Shown here: positions 26,309 to 36,391 of the stretch, in pieces
Layout: each line of letters opens with the position of its first letter
How positions within the stretch are numbered: the stretch's first letter is position 1
DNA from: Entomortierella parvispora E1425
Lineage: Eukaryota > Fungi > Mortierellomycota
Direction: 5' to 3'
DNA length: 64,000 bases
Assembly: GCA_020891255.1 (NCBI GenBank)
Contig: BQFW01000003.1
Span: 496,001-560,000, forward strand
Made by a program: the position numbers and the translations under genes
The notes under the pieces: generated by a model
Told to the model about the DNA's origin: nothing
The model's input: only the letters and a program-made list of their open reading frames with translations
The model's database searches: none

Positions 26309-27060
26309 TTACTTATCAGCGGCTGTTGGAGGTGCAAGGGCAATGGCCTTGATCTCGATCAGGAGCTTGGGCTATTGAAAGGTGGCAGAAAAGACAATGC
26401 CTGTTAGTGCATCAAGCAAAGGTTAAAATGACAAAACATATAAACATCTTCACTTCCTTACAGAAGGCAGAGTCAGCACGCCAACACAGGTTCTTGAAGG
26501 TCCAGTTGCAGCATCAAAGTAAGTGTTGTACACCTGGTTCATTGCTCCGTAGTCCTTCATATCCGTAAGGAAGACGGTCATATCCACAATGTTCTTCAAA
26601 GATGCGCCTTGGGATTCGAGGATGACCTTGATGCTATTTTACAAGATTGGTTTCGTTTGATGATGATATTAGTTTCTGACATTGATAGTTGTCTGTCCAC
26701 AAGACGATCATGGGCACAGGGTGCGGACTAAACTCGCTACTTACTTTTCAATCACAGCCTTGGTCTGAGCTTTGATATCGAGTTCCAGGGTTCCGTCTGC
26801 ATTCTCCTTGACGCCCTCGTACCTGCAATAGAGAGAGAGAGAAAAGAAGTGATCAGAAAGCGATATAGGCAGGAAAAGTATCGATGCACTGTGCATGCAC
26901 AGGACGCGTGAGAAAGTAGCCCTTACGTGCCGTCCAGACGGCGGGAAGAGATGCCGGAAACGTAGATCATGCCGTTGGCAATTCGGCCATGGGGGTAGTG
27001 GGCCAGGGCCGGGGCACGGTCTTTGAGGATGATGGCAGCTCCGTTATGGGATTCAGACAT
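26309..27060 (-). CDS. RidA/YjgF/YER057c/UK114-family protein, resembling the 2-aminomuconate-deaminase-like subgroup
   Basis: Four exons: MSESHNGAAIILKDRAPALAHYPHGRIANGMIYVSGISSRRLDGT | YEGVKENADGTLELDIKAQTKAVIEN | IKVILESQGASLKNIVDMTVFLTDMKDYGAMNQVYNTYFDAATGPSRTCVGVLTLPS | PKLLIEIKAIALAPPTAADK*. Not assembled by the ORF track. Confidence 0.9.
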
Positions 27061-27456
27061 GATGAGGATAAGGGAGGAAAGGTAAGTACCCCTTCGCATG
27101 TTCTCATCCCCCATGCTTTTAGGAGGGTCCGGGAACTGAAGAGGAACTGCCGTGGCAGCTTAAGAGGAACCAAACCTATCAAAAAACAGGCCAGCCAATC
27201 ACCGTCTGCGCTGCGAGACCCGCCAGACAGCCCTCCACTCTGATGTCATGGAACAATGGTCCTTCTTTCTTCAATTCGTCAGCCAAGGTGCCACGCAAGT
27301 CTTGGTCGTCATCCTCCGTATATATAGACCAGCCTTCGTCTCTTTTTTCATCTCTCCTTCACCCACTGCCCATCCTCCAAGCTCCGCCTCACAGCTGCGC
27401 CCACCTGACCATAACCAACCCCTCAATCCTTACCACCCACCCTTGAAACTTTGACC

Positions 27457-28309
27457 ATGGAGTTACCATCCATTGGGAAGCATTGCTCCGACTCTACTTG
27501 CTCTCAGTTGGGTAAGAACCGCATGACGATAGTTCACAAGAGTCAAAAGGAATTCACAACGTAAAGATGACAGATTACTAAAGTCCTCTCTGCATGCCCT
27601 AATAGACTTTTTACCATTTACATGCCAGTACTGCAAACAAACATTCTGGTAAAGCCCAACGTATTTATTATTTTTTCAGGAACCGACCCAACCCACGACA
27701 AGTGAAGGTTACGTTTCAACTGACACCTTCACCTTTATTAATAGTCAGGACCATTGGAGACTGGAGGGACATGCATGCCCAAATAGCCAGGATGCAACTC
27801 TCAAAGATCAAAGAGTACCCATCTGTCCCCTATGCGACAAGCCCGTCCCCGTCAAGAAGGGGGAGGATCCCAATCTGAGAATGGAGCAACATATCTCTGC
27901 AGGATGCCCAGAACCAGCCGCCACTGTCTCAAAACCCATCTACACAAATTCCTGCAATGTCAAGGGCTGCAAAAATCGATCCGCCATCCCCATCGTCTGT
28001 CAAAAGTGTCGGCTGAACTATTGTTTAAAACATCGACTGGAGGGTGACCATGCATGTGCATCCCAGCAGCAGACCTCAGCTCCAGGAAACAAGGGACGGC
28101 CGAACGGGAACAGTAGCAATGGCAACAACAGCAGCAGCGGAGCCAATGAAAGCAATTGGTCGTCCAAGGCCGTTAATGTGGCTCGGAATGCTAGAGCATC
28201 TGCCGCAGCTGCAGCTGCTCAACAAAGAGCAAACGCCAATGCCAGCAGTCATGGTCGTCATGGAGGCTCGTCGGGGAAGACGGAGAAGGACAAGTGCTCG
28301 ATCTCATAG
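27457..28309 (+). CDS. Tandem AN1-type zinc-finger protein (ZFAND2/AIRAP-like)
   Basis: MELPSIGKHC..C.QL|DFLPFTCQYCKQTFC|QDHW..HAC, CPLCDKPVP..GEDPN..EQHI..GC, and a second AN1 finger CNVKGC...CQKCRLNYCLKHRLEGDHAC. Confidence 0.9.
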
Positions 28310-28492
28310 ACTAATGCGACGATTTAGAAATATGCCATACCCGATAATCGATAATACAAAGGCAGTGCGCCAGCTTTTTTTTAAAAAAAAATCTGGTTAC
28401 GAGAAACAAGGGATTAAAATACAGGGGTGCCTATCAACATGGCCGTGGTATATGAGAGAATTAAACATTAAGAGAGACTCAGGACATAAAAG

Positions 28493-31478
28493 TCATGTCG
28501 ACACCAACGGCGAAATCCCAGACAATGATCTAGTGAGCACCAAAAAAAGGGATTAATACCAAAGCAAACGAGATGAAGGACAGAATGAAATTTGGTTTCT
28601 TGTCATTCTTACCTTTTGATCCTGCGAACAACTGACAATTTTTGAATCATTGAATTGCAGCTTAAACACCCTATGGGAGTGTCGGCCTTCCAGGTCTGCA
28701 AGCTTATTGCCGGTTGCTCGATCCCAAATCTTGATTGACTGGTCATAGCTTCCACTGATGATCTTTTCCTTTGAGAACTGAAGTGTCCTGACCAAACTCT
28801 CGTGACCAGTCAAGGTGTGGACACATTCATTTTTGGCAATATCCCAGACCTTGATAGTTCGATCCGAAGACCCACTGATAACACAATTTCCCTCGAGTTG
28901 AATGCAGGCAATACCCCGAGCATGACCATACAGGGTCCTCAAACATTCGCCAGTGTCAAAAGACCAGACCCTGATAGTTTTGTCACCACTTGCAGAGACG
29001 ACAATCCTGACATTGTCAGGGAATCGAGGGGCCCTCAAGTTAGACTCCTCAGCTGATGAAGCAGGGTCAGACGAAATCTCGGGCGAGAATTGAACAGCGT
29101 TCACTGCAGCAACATGACCCACTAGCATTCTGATCATTTTGCCTGTGCTGATACTCCAAATCCGGACTGTTTGATCCTTGCTGCAACTCACCACCGTATC
29201 GTTTTCGAACCGTAAACTCAAGACACTTTCTGAATGTCCAGTCAATGTCTTGACCACCGACCCAGATTCCATGTCCCAGACCATGATGTTGGTGTCACTG
29301 CTACCACTCACAATCCTGTTTCCTTCGTAATGCAGGCAGAGTACACTTGCACTATGGCCGGATAAGGTCCGAGCGCAGATACCAGAGTCCAAGTCCCAGA
29401 TTTTGATGGTGTTGTCTCGACTTCCACTGACGATCTTGTGGTCATCAAACTGCACGCAGTAGATACCTTCAGAATGACCTGGTAATTCTCGCGCGGTATG
29501 GATCCCACTGTTCCAGTTCCTTTCCAAGATTGTTCGTTGTTGACACAGATACTTCCAGTTAATAGTAGGCCGTCCTGTGGAAGGGTCCTGATGGATAGCT
29601 ATTGTTGCGGGCGAGAGAAGCTTCAGCGGGCTCGGTGTGTCCATTCTAGAGTATTCCATTCGCCTGGGCATTGCCGGTATTTTCATTTCTGAAGTCGAGA
29701 CATCGTCCAAAGGAGTGAAATGATGGAACGATCGAAGAATGGGTGATCGGGGTGGAGAAGATGCGCTTCGATGATGCTTTGAAGGGCTAAGAGGAGATGG
29801 GAGATGCATCAACCATCCTGCTAGAGAGCTGGGATGGTTGTGGTGGTGGTGATGATGGTGGTGGTGCTGAAATGTCGGTGAGGATGATGCCGACGTATTC
29901 GGTGAGCGTGACGGGGAATCGGTGTCATCCCCACTCATGTTTCGATGAGAGTGCAGATATGGCCAAGCTGCTGATCCAGACACGCCCATGACCCCATGTC
30001 TAATAACATTCCAGAGACTTTTTGAAGAACCCGGCGGAAGAGAGCCTCCTGCGGGGCTGCTACTAGACAAGTGTGGTGTGGTGGGTATACTGGGAGTTGT
30101 GGGTGAAGTCGGTTGCGATTCTGATTTTGGCGGGTCCATAGAATTTGACCTTCGGTGACTGAAAAATCTTGTTGGACCTGCAGAGAGCTGTCCTGGTGAC
30201 GAAGAAGCTCCTCCTGTGAATATATTAGGAAGCCGAAGGGCAGCTGGAGGATTGGTCCGTTGAGATATTTTCCTGCGAAGTGAAGGTGGTGCTAAGCGTG
30301 GGTTGCTGATATACATTGGTATTGACATGCGGGGACGGTAGAGTGACGGAATGAATGGAGCATTGGAGAGTGAAAACCGTCCATGTCTCTGAGATGCGGA
30401 AGAGGATGTGTCTGCTGTTGAGGACGATGCTCCAAATTGAGGATCCATTGGTAATGACGGTGATTCTTCTGGTGAAATAGAGACATAGCTTCGGCTCGAG
30501 ATGCAAAGTCCTGGAATCGATGCTGAAAGCTCGGGATCATCTCCTTCGCTGGAATGCGCCATGACGACATCCTCTGAAGGGTCAGAAAGAGGCGAGCCTA
30601 TGAATTCTGAGCTGCTGCCTTGCCCATATCCAGAACAGAAGCGTTCGTCTTCGCTGCCGTATTGTGCTGTTGTACTGGGCGCTCTCCTAGGTGAAAGCTC
30701 ATAGGTAATATCATCATCAACCTCCAGCATGTCGATTTCCATCATTTTGCGTTTTCCGCTTTTCACCGAAGATTCTGTTTCAAAGTGGACTCGATCACGA
30801 TGTCGCTCCTGCTCCTGACGAAGTACCCAACTGACTTGTAGTTCACTAGATCGGAGATACCAGTCGACCATGTCCTGGTTCACTGTCCAGCCCTGCGCAA
30901 AATAGATACGCTTCCAGATAGAGTTGTCGCATGCAAACTTGTACCACGCCTTGGACACCAATGCGACCCTACTTAATGTTTCTGCATCTAGGAACGACAA
31001 GACATGAACTAGAAGGGAAGGGTGGTTTGTAACACAGAGTGGTTAGGTTGATGTCACCCCAAAAAGTATATAAATAAAAAAAAGTAGTTGATCAATCTCT
31101 CAAGATTGTTCTATGTCAACAGCGTCACCTACTTGCAAGTTCATAGGGGAGAAGAACCAGAAAGTCTCTGAACTGGAATAAGGGCGTCAAGCGCATAAAA
31201 CTCCTTGAAAACACCGAGGGCGAGACCGACTTTAAAAGTTGGATGGCAAGTTCTAGGGAAAAGAGCACAGAGTGATGGTAGGCAAAGATAAGTCTGGGCT
31301 TTCGTAAAGAAACAGATAATCAGGATATATTGAGGGCCCCATCAATCATACCTGCACGCTGTTCATCGCTCCAGCCATGAACCCATTTAGGTATATCTAT
31401 CCGATGTTCGTCATAGCCCTCGTCGGGTAAACTGGGGGAGGGAGAGTCTGGATGTGACGGACTTGAGGAATGGGACAT
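28493..31478 (-). CDS. F-box/WD40 protein, beta-TrCP/FWD-1-like
   Basis: F-box RDFLVLLPYELA|IHVLSFLDAETLSRVALVSKAW. Seven WD40 repeats from GHSEGIYCVQFDDHKIVSGSRDNTIKIWD to HSHRVFKLQFNDSKIVSCSQDQK|IIVWDF, which follows the beta-TrCP pattern. First exon MSHSSSP... starts at 31478. Confidence 0.9.
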
Positions 31479-31799
31479 GGCGCGGGTACCCTGAAAAGCA
31501 GCGTGTGGCCGATGCAATGGGGCCGAGTCGTGAGGATGTAGGTGTGCTGTTTATTGCAAAAGGAGAAAGTGAGCGGGTGAAGGTGGACTGAACAGAGAAA
31601 GACCATGGTGTGCATGGGTGGAAGGAAGGGCCCGAGGAAAGGAGTGTCGCAAGGCATGCAACAAGAAATATTTCCGGTGACGTGAACATTTTTTTTGTGC
31701 GGGCTTGCAGCAAACGCGCTGATCTTTTGCCCTTCTGCATTCAACCAACGGCGACATTCTTGACAGGACCCTTCAGGACCCAAACAAAACACTGCATCC

Positions 31800-34700
31800 A
31801 TGTCGCTTTCTACCCTGGCCCAACTCGCCGAGAGTTCGAAGCAGCTAACCAGCCACATTGGTGGGCTGCAGCTGCCTCACATTGAGCGTGGAATTGATCA
31901 GATTGAGAATCAATCGCGCAAGCTTGCCGCAAAAACGACAAAGCCTATTGACCTGGCCGACAACAAAGCGTAAGGAGATTTGACGAGATAACAGTTGAAA
32001 AGCAATGGACAGGGGATGGATCCTGCAACCTAGAACTCCTCGCTACTAAGGAAAAGACCTCTGCAACAAAGTTTCGGAAATTAACGACTACGCCTTGCGC
32101 GCGTTTTATGGTGATATAGTCACTTCTTTCTGGCGAAAGGTGGCGTTGATGCCAATGCCATGAACTCGACTCTGAACGCAATCAATCTCAAGTCTACATT
32201 CGAACCATTCCAGCCAATTCACGACACTGATACAGAGGTACATACCTGACGCAGGTGTTCACAGCAACATGTCAATTCTGGGTAATCGAAAAAACCGACT
32301 AACACTGACTTTACTTGCATTTCAATGTAGGCCTTCTTGAAGTACCAGCACGAGCAGATCATTGTTAACACTATTGATGAGAGCAGACGGGAGGTATGCT
32401 TGGAAATGAAACTGACTGTAACAACTTGCGCCTACTATCGTTGAATCATCCACTAACACCATATCTCTTGCAATGAGTAGACCGTCATGGATTTTGACTC
32501 CAACTTCGAAACTTCCTTAAATTACGACTGGGAGAGGACAAAAAAGAGAATCTTTGAAGAATTGGGACAGCATCATGGTCAAGCCAATGGAGCAGAGAAG
32601 GACTTTGGTGCTTCCACCAGATCTTTCCGTGGAGCTTCTAGTGTAAGGCAATTTGATCCCGCTACACTTGAGGAAACTATCGACGCACATATTCTGACTG
32701 TAGTTCTGATATCGTTTAGTCGTCGTACGTTCCTGGAATTGGCCAGAACCCAGCCTCCTTGGACTCTTTATTCAGCACACTCAGGCCGTATTACAAGGTC
32801 GTTTACGATCTGTGCGATGCACGTCTTCAGGGCTCTGCTTACCCTCTGGCCAGCTCGTTTGTTGAGGCGTCGCGTTTGGCTCACAAGGATCAGGTAAATG
32901 AGATAGACAAATGGTGATCTGCTTTCTTGATCTAGTGTAACTTATATCTCCATTTTCTTTTAGGCTAACCCAAAGATTCAGGAGACATGGGAGCTGTTGG
33001 TGTCTGTGTTGGGCGAACAGGAGTTGCGTAACGGTCGCTTCCAGAGCCAAACCTTGAAGGAGCGTGTCTACGCCAACGCCTACTTGAACTCTCCCTACAA
33101 AAGTCCAAGTGCGGCTGCTCTGCGTCAGCATTTGATCCGTGGATCTAGAACTTTCTTGGAAAAGCAGTTCATGAACCATATCGAGGCTGCTGTAGCCGAA
33201 AACCCTGCAGAGGCAAACCTCGGAGGCGTCCCTTCACTTATGAATACGATCCGCGCCTTTGTTCAATTGAAATATCTCCGTTATGGATCATGGTCACAAC
33301 CCAATCTTGAGGTAAGTTTGTATCTGACTAATTCCGTCTTTTTTGAGAAGAGCATATCTAACTCTTCATTGTCATGGATTTTAGATTGCAAATGGTCAAG
33401 CAGTTTGGGCACAGCTTTACTACATGCTCCGGACAGGCAATGCTCACGAGGCTCTGAAATACGCAACAGAAATTGAACAAAGCTTTGCACCAGCCGATCG
33501 CCAGTTCGTTACATACCTCGCAACATACTTGGAAAGCGAGGATCGGACTCTCCCCACACCCATGCAGGAGCGCCTGCTGTCGGACTTCAACCAAAGGATC
33601 CGTTACAGCTCTGATACCGTGGATCCTTACAAGCTGACGCTGTACAAGATTATCGGAAGATGTGAGCTGAACAAGAGAACCACACCTGTCATTGGAGCGT
33701 TGGAGGATTTCATGTGGCTTCAGGTATAAATATTTTCTGACGTTTAATTCTTGCCAAAGCTACTCTTTGTGTGATCCTAACCTGCCTCCATGTTGTATGC
33801 ACTAGCTTTCTATGATTCGTGAGCCTAAGAATGACACCATGCCACAGGACAAATATGACCTCGCAGACTTCCAGGCTCTTGTCCTTAAGTACGGTCCAAA
33901 CTACTTCAATCCTAAGAACAACAGCCCCCTCCAGTACTTCCAAGTTCTTATCTATTCACAGCAGTTCGAGAGGGTAAGTGCCAAGGTCGCAGAGTGTAGA
34001 TGCATGTTCGGCCAGTTTTTCTAAAGTTTTTTTGTTTTCAACTTGATTAGGCAATCCACTATCTCTCATCATCCAAAGCCTACACAGTAGAGACTGTGCA
34101 CATGGCAATTGCTCTCACATACTACGGATTGCTCCGTATCCCTTCTGTCCATCGCGTCTCAGATCCCAACCCATTCACAGTCTCCTCGGATGCTCAAGGC
34201 CGCGAGATTTCACACTACAACTTTACTCAGCTTATTCATTACCAGGCGCGTATTATTGCAGAAAGATACCCGACTGAGGCGCTCACGTACTTGTACCAGA
34301 TTTGCCTGAACACGGATTTGAGCCCAGCCACGAACCAGGAGCAGATCCAACTGTGCCATAGCTACATCCAAGAGTTGGTTCTCCAGAGTAGCGACTATCC
34401 ATCCTTGCTTGGCTCTACCAGACACGGCATCAAGACGCCTGGTGTAATCGAAAAGTACTTGCGCTTGATCAAGATCGAGAACAGTGACCAGTTCGTTAAG
34501 GATATCACGATCAAGGCTGCTGCGAGCAAAGCCAAGGAGGGCCGAGTTGACGATGCAATCCAACTCTACAGCATTGCGGAGGCCTACAACCAGGTCATCG
34601 AGCTTTTGAACAGACAGCTGGCGGAGGTCATTGCCAACCCTGGCTTGCAAAACTCTGGTAACGGTCCTGCGGATTCGGGTGTGAACATTCCAGCGATCCG

Positions 34701-35251
34701 TCGTTGGATCAATGAGTATGTGCAGGACCCCAAGATCAACCAGCAGATCATCCCAAGGAACTTGGAGACTTGCGGAATTTTGCTCAAATTGGTTGAGTTC
34801 ATGGAGCTTTATGAGCGCGCCAAGTATGAGGCTGCTGTTTCTGTCATCGAGGAACTCGACCTGATCCCTCTCGAGGCTGACATGACAATGATCGCCAAGA
34901 AAGCCGAGCGATTCCAGAACCTGGACGAGTGCGTAGCGAGGAACTTCCCCGATGTGCTCTTGAAGACTATGGAGAGTTTGTACAAGCTGTATCAGACTTT
35001 GAAGTCGTCCCCCTACGATGAGGCTGGCCGCAGAGACGTAAGTTGTGCACCGATTTACCTTTTGAATGTTCACTTTCTCTGGTATATTGGAGTTTCGGTA
35101 TTGACGATATCTTTCTTTTTTATAACAGCATATGACCATGTTGAAGAGGAGGGCTAGGACCTTGATGATGTTTGCTGGTTCGATCAAGTTCAGGATGCCA
35201 GCAGATACCTATGCCAGGCTCAATCGTCTGGATGTGATGATTGTGGCGTAA
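31800..35251 (+). CDS. NIC96: Nucleoporin Nic96/Nup93
   Basis: N-terminal LPHIERGIDQIE, KA|HFFLAKGGVD, GSRTFLEKQF, VWAQLYYMLRTG, DPYKLTLYKIIG, EDFMWLQ, YFQVLIYSQQFERAI and VHMAIALTYYGLL across multiple exons. Stop at 35249-35251. Confidence 0.95.
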
Positions 35252-36154
35252 ATGGGGTCCATGGTGACCAACTCTTCAAGATAGACAAAATAATATTGAC
35301 GCTACAGGCGAGGAGGAACCAAAATAAACAACTTTTTTTTCCCGATCAACCTCAACTTGTTCAAACAACTTTGGGATATGATCTTGACGCGTCTGTATCA
35401 TTTCCGAGGACGGAAGGTAGGCACCACCCGTCTTGCTCCATCCAATGTTTGTAAAGTGGGGTTCTCTTTAGAAAACGGGCAGGGCAGGAGTTGAAATTTT
35501 CCGATTTTCTCCTCGTGCTCATTTTTCCCCCTCTTCTTGTGCCTGAGGATCATCCCTTCAAGGATAGGACAAAGGTTAGATTCTCCTTGCCGGCAGGTGC
35601 CTTCCAGTCCGAAGCTAGGAGCATATACCTTTACTTTACATTGGCGAACAGGCCTACAGTGGAGCGATTCTCGCAGCTGAAAACCCGTCTAATCATTTTG
35701 GTGGCAACCGTCATCGGCACCCCTCCATATCAGTGTGGGTGGTCATTGTGGGCGATAGCAGGAATGACTTCCTGTGGAGAAAGAGGGAAGATTGAGAAAC
35801 GGCTAGCTTGGTGTCAAGCCCCACAGGGGGAATTGCCGGGTGAGAAGACCAGCGATAGATAGGCCACAAACAGCAGGAGAGGGACTATCGATTCGATTGG
35901 CGGGGATCCGATTCCTACTCCTTCCACCCAAAGAGGACAGACGGACTGTCAAGTCAGACCCCGTCTTCTCTGACTCCAGTCTGCCGTCAGCGTGTTGTTT
36001 TGATTGTTTGGGTTTCGAGGATTGAATGATATTCTTTTGATTGTCAAAAAAAAAAAAAAAAAAAAAAAGGGCTGTCCCTGCTCCTGGATGTGCACCTTTC
36101 ACCGAGTCAGAGTGAGGAGTGGCAAAAAAAAAGAGTCAACCAAAGCAGGGGCAG

Positions 36155-36162
36155 TATAAAAG
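36155..36162 (+). promoter_or_regulatory. TATA box upstream of the GSIII gene
   Basis: TATAAAAG 237 nt upstream of ATG 36392, followed by a CT-rich, ATG-free leader. Confidence 0.55.
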
Positions 36163-36391
36163 AGATCTCCATCTTTTCATCTTTCCTTCATTTAACCTCA
36201 TTCATTCCTCCTTTCTCATTCATTCAATTCAATTCAATTGTTTGTTTGTTTGTTTCTCTCGCTCTCTTCTCTCTCTGTTTATTAATTTCCTCTCTCCCTT
36301 ACTCTCCCACGCCACCCCTTGCCACTACGGACTCTCCTGAACCCTCCATCTCACGACCCCTCCTCCCCATATATATATTATACACACAGCC

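Noticed and set aside
34210-35187. 325-aa antisense ORF over NIC96, and similar antisense ORFs over RPA135 (1044..1814) and YME2 (62811..63665)
   Set aside because: These are shadows of conserved sense-strand exons, with no independent features.
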